From assembly GCF_001194135.2 (NCBI RefSeq), contig NC_068985.1, forward strand, positions 49,265,656 through 49,329,655: DNA of 64,000 nucleotides. The letters run 5' to 3'. Below the pieces are notes generated by a model. It saw only the letters and a program-made list of their open reading frames with translations. It did no database searches and was not told the DNA's origin. A program made the translations under genes and the position numbers. Shown here piece by piece: positions 56,101-64,000 of this stretch. The DNA is from Octopus bimaculoides (lineage: Eukaryota). The number at the start of each line of letters is the position of its first letter. Positions within the stretch are counted from its first letter, which is position 1.

Positions 56101-56381
56101 AATAAACTGTGATATAGTGAGGGATTACTGTATATATTTTTTACGCTATGTATGAAACGATGTCAGTGAATTTTATTGCATAATGAAAATAAAACTTTCA
56201 ACAAATGGAAAAATTTCTTAGATATCACTTACCAATTCTTCATTCTCTCCTCCAGTTGTGGACACATGAAGTTGTGATGGAATTGGTAAATACTCTTGAT
56301 ATTAGAGAACATCTGTGTTATAACATCTGATGAGAAAAAATTGTGCGCTTGGTTTTCAACGATCACTTGAAACTGGAAAAC
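1108..56381 (-). CDS. FGD4: FYVE, RhoGEF and PH domain-containing protein (FGD1-4/frabin class Cdc42 GEF); 15 coding exons, partial at both ends
   Basis: Manually spliced exons give one continuous frame of 1526 nt with all GT-AG junctions and matching phases. DH domain: [12 protein letters not shown]...PRIGDLM...[22 protein letters not shown]1: RELVREG...ERYIFLFNDL. FYVE: WIKD...[10 protein letters not shown]...RVCDKC. PH2: GYL...W.RRFF...PLPGY...KWVEVL. The family call is firm; the exact paralogue symbol is only a best match. Confidence 0.93.
2727..3004. mobile_element. hAT-type MITE, family copy 1 (degenerate)
   Basis: CAGGGGTCCTCAACC...TTAGAACCATTG termini; 8-bp flanks agctagaa/agctaggg; internal similarity to copies at 9203 and 16591. 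Confidence 0.65.
3484..3641 (-). CDS. FGD4: FGD exon, PH2 C-half: [52 protein letters not shown](K)
   Basis: tttttcttctag acceptor, 158 nt, AA|gtaagt donor. Confidence 0.92.
4587..4715 (-). CDS. FGD4: FGD exon, PH2 N-half: [43 protein letters not shown]
   Basis: ttatttcag acceptor, 129 nt, CAG|gtaatt donor. Confidence 0.9.
5226..5600. repeat. Degenerate GGT/GAT/AGT low-complexity tract; similar tracts at 24370-24580, 44275-44490 and 50800-51100
   Basis: Trinucleotide-derived sequence giving spurious Pro/Ser/Thr-rich ORFs. Confidence 0.85.
5838..5990 (-). CDS. FGD4: FGD exon, FYVE C-half: [51 protein letters not shown]
   Basis: tttgttacag acceptor, 153 nt, GAG|gtaatt donor; inside ORF 5730..6035. 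Confidence 0.95.
6158..6688 (-). mobile_element. tRNA-derived SINE with central (TA)n/(CA)n tract and GAGTAAAA-repeat tail (most abundant family)
   Basis: Near-identical copies at about 31497-32140(-), 39535-39769(-) and 47715-48020(+); older copies at about 1330-1706, 3065-3420, 12415-12835, 51715-52100 and 56550-56930; head only at 63577-63675. Confidence 0.85.
8430..8705 (-). mobile_element. SINE with the ttgagcaagacactttatttc core and the 25.4-kb-type tail
   Basis: Related copy at 16280-16560(-); the same core with the 49.4-kb-type tail occurs at 11130-11370(-), 21810-22020(+), 32650-32880(-) and 55660-55900(+). Confidence 0.7.
8913..9035 (-). CDS. FGD4: FGD exon, FYVE N-half: [41 protein letters not shown]
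   Basis: tttatcgcag acceptor, 123 nt, TAT|gtaagt donor; WxxD and RRHHCR motifs. Confidence 0.96.
9203..9550. mobile_element. hAT-type MITE, family copy 2
   Basis: CAGGGGTTCTCAATCA...TGATTGAGAAATACTG termini; 8-bp TSD ctttgatg/ctttaatg. Confidence 0.75.
10062..10148 (-). CDS. FGD4: FGD exon, PH1-FYVE linker: [29 protein letters not shown]
   Basis: poly-T...cttctag acceptor, 87 nt, GAG|gtaagt donor; resembles the frabin ETIDAFHQRHETFR segment. Confidence 0.88.
10485..10635. repeat. About four copies of a ~40-bp minisatellite at the 5' end of an RTE tail copy
   Basis: Recurrent aaggaa.tcagccactttgcctccatgaggccc. Confidence 0.75.
11725..11770 (-). ncRNA. Mirror copy of the same hammerhead motif, sense to the FGD pre-mRNA
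   Basis: Identical motif in the left inverted arm. Confidence 0.7.
11903..11983 (-). promoter_or_regulatory. tRNA-like Pol III internal promoter (SINE-type head), not a functional tRNA
   Basis: A box TGGCGTAGTGG (11971-11961), B box GTTCGATTC (11926-11918), anticodon-arm-like GGG-CTACTAA-CCC; followed by (AAT)n. Confidence 0.65.
12024..12069 (+). ncRNA. Minimal type I hammerhead ribozyme motif (Penelope-like)
   Basis: GACAC-CUGACGA-A-GGCUG(loop)CAGCC-GAAA-CG-UU-GUGUU; stem I 5 bp, stem II 5 bp, stem III reduced to the palindrome ACGU. Confidence 0.7.
12900..12933 (-). CDS. FGD4: FGD 34-nt microexon, PH1 C-terminal helix: [11 protein letters not shown]
   Basis: ttttattccag acceptor, TGT|gtaagt donor; restores frame between flanking exons and supplies the conserved PH Trp. 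Confidence 0.8.
13848..14741. mobile_element. Mariner fold-back element built from two inverted 5' ends with decayed transposase HTH fragments
   Basis: TA|TTGGGTTGAGGAA...TTCCTCAACCCAA|TA; ORFs 13983..14246(+) and 14226..14639(-) both encode the mariner N-terminus (KTEHF.H.L.FAFN.GVKPA...VYGEGAM). Confidence 0.9.
15402..15472 (-). CDS. FGD4: FGD exon, PH1: [23 protein letters not shown](D)
   Basis: aatttctag acceptor, 71 nt, GA|gtatgt donor; aligns by eye with the FGD YPHTF...ERTLEL segment. Confidence 0.88.
16591..16942. mobile_element. hAT-type MITE, family copy 3
   Basis: CAGGGGCTCTCAACCA...TGGTTGAGAACCACTG termini; 8-bp flanks tcctaaac/ccctaagc. Confidence 0.75.
17246..17329 (-). CDS. 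FGD4: FGD exon, PH1: [28 protein letters not shown]
   Basis: cttattgcag acceptor, 84 nt, CAG|gttggt donor; inside ORF 17204..17386. Confidence 0.92.
18325..18471 (-). CDS. FGD4: FGD exon, DH-PH1 junction: [49 protein letters not shown]
   Basis: aaactag acceptor, 147 nt, TTG|gtaagt donor. Confidence 0.94.
18795..19080. mobile_element. Probable Penelope-like pseudo-LTR fragment with perfect 49-bp inverted ends
   Basis: 18795-18843 is the exact reverse complement of 19032-19080; the spacer contains a hammerhead motif. Confidence 0.6.
18951..19016 (-). ncRNA. Type I hammerhead ribozyme motif
   Basis: UUCGCG-CUGAAGA-U-GGAG(27 nt)CUCC-GAAA-CC-U-GG-UA-CGCGAA; stem I 6 bp, stem II 4 bp, quasi-palindromic stem III ACCUGGU, GUA triplet. 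Confidence 0.72.
19277..19597. mobile_element. Tc1/mariner-superfamily (pogo/Tigger-like) MITE
   Basis: TA|CACCTTCTCCTTGACTTACGACC...GGTTGTAAGTCGAGGAGAAGGTG; internal GGTTGTAAGT repeats; right TA eroded to TG. Confidence 0.7.
19858..20177 (-). mobile_element. 5'-truncated R4/Dong-like (RLE-type) non-LTR retrotransposon 3' end in a (TAA)n tract
   Basis: [32 protein letters not shown]...[17 protein letters not shown] plus 3' UTR; (TAT)n on both sides. Confidence 0.8.
20651..21036 (-). mobile_element. Second R4/Dong-like 3' end with a different, longer 3' UTR
   Basis: [21 protein letters not shown] in ORF 20957..21181; (TAT)n at both ends. Confidence 0.7.
21379..21437 (-). CDS. FGD4: FGD exon, DH C-terminal helix: (E)[19 protein letters not shown]
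   Basis: attttacag acceptor, 59 nt, ATA|gtaagt donor. Confidence 0.92.
22847..22897 (-). CDS. FGD4: FGD exon, DH domain: (D)[16 protein letters not shown]
   Basis: tatatttcag acceptor, 51 nt, G|gtaaaa donor; phases fit both neighbours. Confidence 0.92.
23385..23910 (+). mobile_element. Young RTE 3'-UTR-derived retroposon copy with (GAT)n tail
   Basis: Reverse complement of the copy at 30636-31125; same tail as the LINE at 29325-29452. Confidence 0.85.
25133..25220 (-). CDS. FGD4: FGD exon, DH domain: [29 protein letters not shown]
   Basis: ttatttccag acceptor, 88 nt, G|gttagt donor; hallmark DH CR3 motif. Confidence 0.95.
25399..25777 (-). mobile_element. Full-length tRNA-derived SINE with (AAC)n tail
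   Basis: Head TGGCCCAGTGG...GTTTCGATTCC; 10-bp TSD aagtgtgtgt at 25389-25398 and 25778-25787. Confidence 0.85.
25968..26260 (-). mobile_element. RTE 3'-tail copy inserted into a duplicated LINE fragment
   Basis: (CAT)n-cgtttaacgtccgctttccatg family sequence; interrupts ccccatg|catgttct. Confidence 0.85.
26530..27110 (-). mobile_element. Decayed RTE/RTE-X-like LINE 3' fragment
   Basis: With frameshifts and stops: [32 protein letters not shown]...[31 protein letters not shown]; boundaries approximate. Confidence 0.75.
28082..29452 (+). mobile_element. 5'-truncated RTE-clade LINE: RT fragment, PHD-like Zn finger, assembly gap, then (GAT)n-tailed 3' end
   Basis: [14 protein letters not shown] / [12 protein letters not shown]...[10 protein letters not shown] with a frameshift near 28165; CSVC...CTRC...HKRC; 3' tail resumes at 29325. 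Confidence 0.88.
28458..30635. other. Assembly gaps 28458-29324 and 29802-30635; others at 843-1107, 8085-8353, 15053-15320, 35785-35816, 39770-40094, 42486-42930, 48021-48066 and 58024-58119
   Basis: N runs, mostly flanked by microsatellites or young repeats. Confidence 0.99.
30636..31125 (-). mobile_element. RTE 3'-tail copy with a ~60-bp tandem duplication at its 5' end
   Basis: Family sequence; 31020-31125 repeats aatttaactcgattt.gatttcacttgcctcaa.aggtcttc. Confidence 0.82.
31497..32140 (-). mobile_element. tRNA-derived SINE of the same family with an expanded AT-rich centre
   Basis: 5' head gcaggagtggctgtgtggtaag, 3' tail actcttttacttgtttcagtcatttgactg. Confidence 0.85.
33168..33324 (-). 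CDS. FGD4: FGD exon, DH domain: [52 protein letters not shown]
   Basis: ttttcatctag acceptor, 157 nt, CAG|gtgagg donor; overlaps ORF 32841..33296. Confidence 0.95.
35628..35683. repeat. Perfect 56-bp palindrome
   Basis: ggaatggagtaaacgcatgttataactg|cagttataacatgcgtttactccattcc, no spacer. Confidence 0.97.
35760..36150 (+). mobile_element. RTE 3'-tail copy
   Basis: Family sequence with (GAT)n tail; small gap at 35785-35816. Confidence 0.82.
41507..42381 (-). mobile_element. Internally deleted, decayed DD37D (maT-type) Tc1/mariner transposon
   Basis: QQDSAPCH...[16 protein letters not shown] with 37 residues between the 2nd and 3rd Asp; in-frame stops; degenerate TIRs (CAGGGTGCAATG vs TAGTGTGCGATG). 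Confidence 0.85.
45620..45825 (+). mobile_element. Second SINE-like family (ggcagaatcgttagca...ttcaaattc...aataagtaccagttg)
   Basis: Related copies at about 190-395(-), 4020-4110, 7080-7290(-), 20287-20640, 35097-35295 and 52960-53075(-). Confidence 0.7.
46116..46400 (-). mobile_element. Decayed RTE-BovB-like LINE C-terminal fragment
   Basis: Minus-strand translation WIGHILRQD...MWKPEEKR...KTTW*R...[13 protein letters not shown]. Confidence 0.6.
47604..47706. repeat. 103-bp fold-back hairpin
   Basis: 28-bp perfect outer arms (47604-47631 and 47679-47706) plus an imperfect inner stem and a ~9-nt loop. Confidence 0.92.
49399..49726 (+). mobile_element. Full-length tRNA-derived SINE with the same head as the 25.4-kb copy but a different, A-rich tail
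   Basis: 14-bp TSD aaggtgtgatttga at 49382-49395 and 49727-49740; internal 14-bp tandem duplication at 49438-49465; interrupts an older repeat. Confidence 0.88.
54143..54555 (-). mobile_element. RTE 3'-tail copy with a four-unit 66-bp tandem array
   Basis: Units start at 54304, 54370, 54436 and 54502. Confidence 0.8.
55945..56130. mobile_element. Tigger/pogo-like MITE
   Basis: TA|CAGTGATCCCTCGACTATC...GATATAGTGAGGGATTACTG|TA. Confidence 0.75.
56233..56381 (-). CDS. FGD4: FGD exon, DH domain: [49 protein letters not shown](W)
   Basis: cttttctag acceptor, 149 nt, TG|gtaagt donor; matches the FGD DH segment. Confidence 0.92.
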
Positions 56382-57586
56382 CTAGAAAAGTTAAAGTAGG
56401 GAGACATTCAATTATATTTCCTAAAACAATAAAGGAAAAATAACTAGAGAGAAAACTATAGAGAAGTGTTTCTATTAAACTGTTGTTGTTGTTGTAAGTT
56501 AATCAAGGGTTCTTAGATTAAAAGAAAAATTTTACTTTTATTTTTGTAGGCTGCGTGGTTAAGAAACTTAATTTGTAGTCTCATGGTTTCAGGTTCAGTC
56601 CCACTGTTTGGCTTTTTGGGCCAGTGTCTTCTGTTATAGACTGGGGTTGACCAATACTTTGTGAACAAATGAGCAAATTAGGTAAACAAAAACTGTATGG
56701 AAGCCCTTCATATGTGAATGCATGTCCTTGTGTCTGTGTCTTAAACTACCATCATTCTGCTTGACAACTAACGTTGATTTATTTATATCCTTGTAACTTA
56801 ACAGTTTAGCTAAAGGGACTGATAGAATAAATACCAAACTTTAAACAAAAAGTACTCAGCTCAATTTGACTAAAACTCTCCAAGACAGTGCCCTAATGTG
56901 GCAGCAGTCTAATGACTGAAACACATAATATGTAAAAGATAGCTTAACCTAAGGAGGAAGAGTAGCACCCATGAATCCTTTCAGGGACTCCAAGATCAAT
57001 GGGAGGGAGTCATCCTCAGACAGGAGACCTGGCCTGAAAGTTTGCAACTGTGTGGATTTTGCTAAAGACAAACCAAAGATCAATTATTTGTTGGTGTTGA
57101 ACAAGATAACAGATTGTAGACCTCCAATGCAAAGTGTTTCAAAAAAGACCATCCCATCTTCTGTTTCAGACAAAATGTATTTGAAATTACATTACTGTCC
57201 TTTCTTTTTGTAAGAAATGCTGAGTGTGATTTGAAGGTGATTTAGCTGCTGTTTCTAGGTCAATCTTTTGTACTGTAGCCTCCCTTATAGACTTTCTTGC
57301 GTGGAATTAATAATGGTGATACTAATAATAAGCTTGACGGTGAGGTTTATTACAACATTCACTATCTATCTGCTATCCTCAAGCTACCTTCTTAAACAAT
57401 TTGCTGAGACATGTGTTCTTTCTCTCTATACTTCAGAAATGGCTTTCCATTGCCTCTACCTGTTCAAGCAAACTAATGCATGTTGATTAACTGGTGGTGT
57501 GTTGCTATTTAACTCCAAGTCATGAACCAGCAGGCCTATAATCAAAGGTATCCCAGCAACATCAATACTGTCTTTTTGTATATATA

Positions 57587-57803
57587 CAAGGAGGTGCTGA
57601 AAAGTTCCTGGCTTTAAGGGTGTCATGAAAGGCCTGACTGGAGACCCAACCTTACAAGTTCTTTTACAGAGCTTAGAAAAACTGAAAGACCACTGCAATA
57701 AGTGTTTGAATCTCAGAGGGGAATATGTTCAATAAAATCATTGTTAACTAAACTTCCAGTATTTTCTTTTATCCAAAGCCAGGAACTTTCCAGTACCCCC
57801 TTG
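57587..57803 (+). mobile_element. Mariner-derived MITE (internal deletion derivative)
   Basis: TA|CAAGGAGGTGCTGAAAAGTTCCTGGCTTT...AAAGCCAGGAACTTTCCAGTACCCCCTTG|TA; retains the transposase C-terminus LEKLKDHCNKCLNLRGEYVQ*. Confidence 0.82.
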
Positions 57804-58328
57804 TAGGACTACAACACCCAATATATCCTTCATTTTGTTTCTTTTGCTAAGATGACGGTAGAATGTGTTTGAGGAAATTTGGCTTTTATTTCTAGCAGAT
57901 CAAGCAACTATGTAGAAGCTATCTCAACACAATATATATACAGTTCATTTGATATGCTTGAGTAAATGATGTTAATATTTTAGTTGATCAATAGTGATCC
58001 ACTACCGCAATATAAATATATATGTATATATATATATGTATATNNNNNNNNNNNNNNNNNNNNNNNNNNNNNNNNNNNNNNNNNNNNNNNNNNNNNNNNN
58101 NNNNNNNNNNNNNNNNNNNGACCAAATGAAGTCTAATGGAACTTGTGATATTAAAGAATGAATATTGGAATCGTTCATTTACTGGCAACATTCCATTTCT
58201 AGAGTTAATTCTAACTTGAACAAAGATGGAAAATGTCAAAATAGCTATATAAAGTTTGAAGACCAAAATGTACTGCAAAATGTATACACTCTAGCATATA
58301 TGTATGTACATACATAATATATTTATTT

Positions 58329-58362
<34 letters not shown>

Positions 58363-59592
58363 ATGTGTGTGTGTGCGTGCGTGTATGTGCGTAAGGTAAA
58401 GTAAAAAAACCTGTCCATTTGTATACATCACCATCTCAAAGATTAATCAATAGATATATACATTCACTCATACATACATGCACATACACTAACACACACA
58501 TGCTAATAGGTATATTTGAGCATTAGTGTTCCTGTATAAGAGTGTGGTAATTGTGTGTAATAATTACATATATGTACATACAATTGTTTACATTATACAT
58601 AGATAATTTTACACAAACACACACACAATCATATATATGTTACTTTCTTACTGCTGACACACATGCATCATCGACATCATTATTTTACATTCATTTTTCC
58701 ATGCTGACACAGATTGTAGTTTCATCACATGTGGTCCATACCATTTCTTATGCACACCATATGTAGTGTATAAATTTCATTGTGGACCGAGTGTATTTTA
58801 TTATACTGTCTACATTAAAGAGGCTTTCACTTGCAAAGGGACTAAAGAGCACCCTCTACTTTGTATTAGTCCTTATCTGACTGCTATTTCTAGCAAGTAA
58901 AGAGACCTTATAGAGAGGCTTTTCATGGTTTATGCTCACTTGTAATTCCTATATTTTAGAGCCTTTATCAAATTGTGAAGACACATGGCATAGTGGCTAA
59001 CAGTGTTTGACTTATGATTGTAAAACCATGGATTTTTTCATAGATAAGATAGTACATTGTATCCTTGAGCAAGATGTTTCATTTCACATTGTTTCGGTCT
59101 ACTTCAGTAAAAATTAGTGCTAGCCATTCTGCTGATGCAGCATTATCTCCCTTCAGCTGTATATCCTGGACATTCTACTGTCATCCAGGGTGAATGAGAT
59201 TAGAAGGTATTTATATCTGCTTGTGAATTCATTGGTACCTAAAACAATTAGCGAAAGCATGGTACATAATTATGAAGCCATACTAGCTTGCAAGTGATGG
59301 CTGGCAGTACATTTCAGTACTGATCAACCATGCCACTTTCTTTCTCACTTTTTTAGATAAAGAATTATGTATCTAGGATACATAAAGGATTATGTATCTA
59401 GGGCTATGTCATCAAATTGCTTCTTTCTTTATTTTTCAAGATGGCAGGGTACAATTTGAGAGATGTTTGACAACTATTTCTAGCAGATTCAGTGACCATA
59501 TAGAGGTTCCTTAGGTATGTATTATCAAAGCTGATATCTTTATTATTTTACTGACAGATGCCCTTCAAGATGGTATGTATTCTGTATTGTTA

Positions 59593-59635
<43 letters not shown>

Positions 59636-60742
59636 CATGACAAACAAACAAGCAGTTATATATATATATATATATATACCATAAAAACCCATGTAATTTG
59701 CATACCTGTGTAATTTTCACAGGTGATTTTCAGGATAAAATTTGTTAAAGAAAGCTTCTACTCGTGTGAAATTTGCACCCAAAAGTTTTCAGAATTGCTG
59801 ATATAGCCAAGGGAAAAAAAGGTTTGTAATTTAGTTGCATTTAGTATAATTTCACTTACTTATGATTAGATTTTATTAAATTTTCATTAAATAAAAATAA
59901 TTTCTGTTTAATAGGTATCACATTGAAAGCTATTAAATTACAAAGCATTTGTGTTGTTTATGATAAACTTTATTTCACATTTCTTGCTCACAAGAGATTA
60001 TGTCCGATCTTTAGCATACTGCTGTATGTATTCTCAAATTACGATTATAGGACAAGTTGTTGATAAGAATTACAAAAACAAAGCTGATAAATATGTTTAA
60101 ATTAATCATGCATTGTCTCATAACTTCAACATTTCAATGATGTGATTGTTTATTTTTAGAATGACATTGTAGAATAGGTGTGAGAGGCTGGGTCTGTCTG
60201 GTTGGTTTGAACATAAAACCAGTAGAATAGCTGGGCCAGCTATGGCCAGTTTGAATGCTAAAAGGTTAAGGGTTTCCAAGACTGGTTAGAGGAAAGGAAG
60301 AAGTTATATTCAGAATAAAGACCTTGCCTGATTGCCACAAAGCATTCTGCTAAAAGCAGCCTTGGGTTAAATGATGGTGACTGTAGTGATGGTGGCAAAC
60401 TGGATACCAGATTAAGTATTCAACCATGTGGGGTCTCAACATCGAAGAGGAAAGGGAGTTTAGTGTAGTACTTTTTTTTTTTTTTTAAAGGGGAAAAAAA
60501 GGGAATGACTTCATTATGATGCTACTGCTTATGATGTAAAAGATGTATATCAGAGTTCAGAGGAAATGAAACTACTTTAATTCACAGGCAATTAACAGAA
60601 CTGGCGATATCTCAAGGAAGTTATCAAAAACTGAATTTGATAAAGGGAAAAGAAAATTAAGAGAAAAAAAAACGCATCAATATTTATTTAATTATTTATT
60701 TATTGGAAACCACCAAAGGAATACAAATAGGCTATCAGATTA

Positions 60743-60784
<42 letters not shown>

Positions 60785-61559
60785 CATCATTATCATTATA
60801 TTGACGATTTACTGGCTGTTGGAATTAAAAGAAAATAGAATTATACATTTTAATTTTGTTTCCTTTTTATCCTTCTTTCTATATTTTTTATCGCAATGCT
60901 GAGATTAACAAAATGAAAGAATTAAGAATTTCATTTTAGGAAGTGTGTTAAAGAATAAAAAATAAAAACCCTTAAAAAAAAGCAGAAAAATACTTTATTT
61001 CTTTTTTTAATTAAAACATGATGATTAAAACAATTTTGCTTCTAGCCTGAGTCCTTACTGTATCACTTTATCATTTTTCTCTCATTCTGCTTGAATAAGT
61101 AGAATAATATTCATGAGGCTAGCCTATGTACAGACAGATATCAAAAGACTGACACACATCCTACAGCTTGTATCACTTAGTAGGACTGTAAAGATCTATA
61201 GACTGTTAACAAAAAACTCTTGATTAGAATCTAAGTCCATGAGAAAGCCATGATTTGCTAGAAATAGCAAACAAATCTACTACAAATTACACCCTACTGT
61301 CAAAAAATAAGGATACATAAGATAATTTAGTCCAAGACAAACAATGTATTAAAAAAAAAAAAAGAAAAATGAAGTGTTATAGCTAGAATGCTTTAATCAA
61401 AGGCTTGCTCTTTCAGCACTGACCTGGAGCTAAAACAACCACAATAATATCTGAGGATCTTACACAGTCAGAAATATAACTGCAAAAAATTTGTTTCAGT
61501 AGTTCAATTAAATATGTGAATTACTATGTTGGAAATGTTCCCACAAAGAATAAACATGA

Positions 61560-61625
<66 letters not shown>

Positions 61626-61627
61626 AT

Positions 61628-62485
61628 GCACATGCACATATATCCTCATCATTTAAGATCCATTTTCCTTACAGGCATGGGTTAGATGGTTTGACAGAAG
61701 CTGGGCAGAGGGAGAACTGGCCAGGCTCCAACAGTCTGTTTTGACATGATTTCTATGGCTAGATGCCCTTCTTAATGCCAACCACTTTATTGAGTGTACT
61801 GGGTACTTTTTCTGTCATGCCGCCATGGGTGCTTTATACATGGCACTAGCATGGGTGCTTTATATGCGGCACTGGTATGACTGCTTTTTATGTGGCACCA
61901 GTACTGGTGCTTTATAAGTGGCACCAGCACTAGTACTTTTTACATGGCACTAGCATGGAAGGTTTTTTACATGACCCTGAACAGGTGCTTTTACACAACA
62001 CCATCATCCACAAGCCTGCAGGATAAGGGCCTCTTGGCTGACATAGGGAGTTGCCTGTATGTATAGATAGCCACAATTTTACTTAGCTTGGTGTGTCTTC
62101 TCATGCACAGCAAATTGATAGAAGTCTCAGTTCCTTGTCACCTCCTCAGTGAGGCTTAGTGTCTGAAAATCCTTTTTCACCACATTGTCCCTTAACTTCC
62201 TGAGTCTACCTCTTCTACATGTTCCCTCCACAATTAGAGATTGGCACTTATGCAGCTGTCCATTCATATGCATTACATGACCATACCAGCGCAGTCTTCT
62301 CTCTTGCACACTATATCTGATGCTTCTTATACTCAATTTTTCTCTTAAGTCATTTACACTCTGTTGTTGTACATGCACACTACCATTACCCATCCAACAG
62401 AGCATGCTGGCCTCATTTCTTTCAACACTTCACAAGTCCTCACTAGTCATAGCCCTTGTCTCACTACCATGTAGCATAGCCGTAT
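61628..62485 (-). mobile_element. Older decayed RTE-clade LINE 3' part
   Basis: TAMLHGSET...ERNEASML...QERRLRWYGHV...RGRLRK in ORF 62127..62405, followed by the family 3' UTR. Confidence 0.85.
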
Positions 62486-62510
62486 GTCTGTATGTATGTA
62501 TGTATGTATG

Positions 62511-62727
62511 TGTTGCCAGTACCACCTGACTGGCCTTCGTGCCGGTGACACGTAAAAGCACCCACTACACTCTCGGAGTGGTTGGTGTTAGGAAGGGCAT
62601 CCAGCTGTAGAAACTCTGCCAAATCAGATTGGAGCCTGGTGTAGCCATCTGGTTTCACCAGACCTCAGTCAAATCCTCCAACCCATGCTAGCATGGAAAG
62701 TGGATGTTAAACGACAACGATGATGAT
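62511..62727 (+). mobile_element. Young RTE 3'-tail copy inserted in (TATG)n
   Basis: Near-identical to 23690-23900; further family copies at about 4290-4560(-), 10195-10490(-) and 48095-48285(+). Confidence 0.82.
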
Positions 62728-64000
62728 GTATGTATGTATGTATGTATGTATGTATGTATGTATGTATGCATGCATGCATGTGTACACACACACACACACA
62801 CACACAATTCAACCTTTAACACAATAACATGAATAAAATCTGATAGAGAGCAGGAGGAAACATTTGAGCTTCTCTGGTGCTGCTGGTATGATAAAATGCA
62901 CCCAGTTCATGTTGTAAAGTAGTAAATAAGAGAAGTAGCAACCAGCTTTTAAAACCATGTAAAATAAACAAGAGAAGTCATAACAACAGAGAATTAATGA
63001 CATTTTACATTTTATTGCATGCATGTCAGATAATGAAGGACTGTAAACACAAGCATATAACCCATGCCAGCATGGAAAACCAAACATTATACAACGAACA
63101 GGTTAGTGAAAGCTGAAAAGGTTTTGATCATAGGTCTGTTAGATCAGGATTGTCCATCAGCAGCAAGAACAAACATGCTGACCTGTCCTGAACTATGCAT
63201 CTTCTGCTCTCTATTCAATCCTTCTACAAGTTACACCCCAATGCTGCTGAGTTTGTCAGATCAATATTGTGAATCATCAAATATAAATCAATTTTATATA
63301 TTTATGCTTGATGTTTTATTGACAGTTAATGCTCCATTGAATCGGTTATCAGTCAGGAAAGATAGCTGAACCAGAAAAATTGATCATGTTCTCATAGTCT
63401 TTACTTTCTTGGCACTGACTGACTTAGGTAAACTCAGTTGCAATGAGGTTTTGTGCAACACTGAATATCCCAGACAAACAATTCCATAAATTCCTGTGTC
63501 AAACTGTTGATTCTTCTTACATGCAATATCTTCTTTATAGCCTCAAAAAAAAAAAGAGAAAAGAAAAATCCTTATAGATGCAGGAGTGGCTGTGTGGTAA
63601 GTAGCTTGCTTACCAACCACATGGTTCTGGGTTCAGTCCCAATGCGTGGCACCTTGGGCAAGTGTCTTCTACTATCGGTTAAAATGTCTTACGTTTAAGC
63701 TGGTTCCCATGCATTTCCCTGAAGAGAAGATTACCTTCTTAACAACATCACCGATTCCTATGGAAGGTATAATTTGTAATCTTCAAAGCATATGTTGGAA
63801 AGAAAAGTATGCAGTTAACATATGTGTTTTACTCCATTCACTAAATTTATATATACTCAAGTACCCAAAATAACAAGGAGTTTCTACCTCATAAACAGGA
63901 GTTACACCACAGTCATTTTGTGATATTTGCTACCCTGGTATCTATTAACCAATTTATTTTGTCCGAGTTATTTGTTAATTAGGAGAAAATAAATACATAT

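Noticed and set aside
58120-58200. Minus-strand ...ITSSIRLHLV running into the gap, resembling the RLHLLDQ expected at the end of the missing upstream FGD exon
   Set aside because: The upstream residues lack the ELLxTERxYV signature and no convincing acceptor gives that frame; probably chance. The true exon was not found in 56382-64000.
59705-59795. AG...CAG|gtatgc exon-like segment on the minus strand
   Set aside because: Stops in all three frames and no independent support.
688-64000. Most ORFs in the supplied track (poly-I/Y/C/V/H/T, X-filled, or the recurring [18 protein letters not shown]... type)
   Set aside because: They are translations of microsatellites, N-gaps or the antisense of RTE 3' UTR copies, not genes.

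Overview
AT-rich, microsatellite- and retroposon-dense animal genomic DNA with ten N-gaps. The repeat content resembles octopus/coleoid cephalopod DNA; this is an inference. One protein-coding gene spans almost the whole window on the minus strand: an FGD-family Cdc42 GEF (DH-PH-FYVE-PH). I reconstructed by hand 15 GT-AG exons with consistent phases from 56381 to 1108 (about 508 codons). The N-terminus lies upstream of what I could identify and the stop codon falls in the gap at 843-1107. The introns, including one of 22.9 kb, hold tRNA-derived SINEs, RTE-clade LINE pieces (one RT fragment followed by a PHD-like finger), (TAA)n-flanked R4/Dong-type fragments, and mariner, maT, pogo and hAT relics. 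The most unusual signal is a set of fold-back insertions carrying Penelope-type minimal hammerhead ribozyme motifs. The first is a 473-bp TSD-flanked unit at 11679-12151 with 132-bp inverted arms, each with a hammerhead, around a tRNA-like Pol III head. The second is a different hammerhead at 18951-19016, between perfect 49-bp inverted repeats and sense to the host pre-mRNA. The third is a 103-bp hairpin at 47604-47706 carrying split hammerhead core pieces. Also present are a mariner fold-back element and a perfect 56-bp palindrome. No CRISPR array, rRNA or bona fide tRNA gene was seen. Ribozyme activity and novelty are untested.
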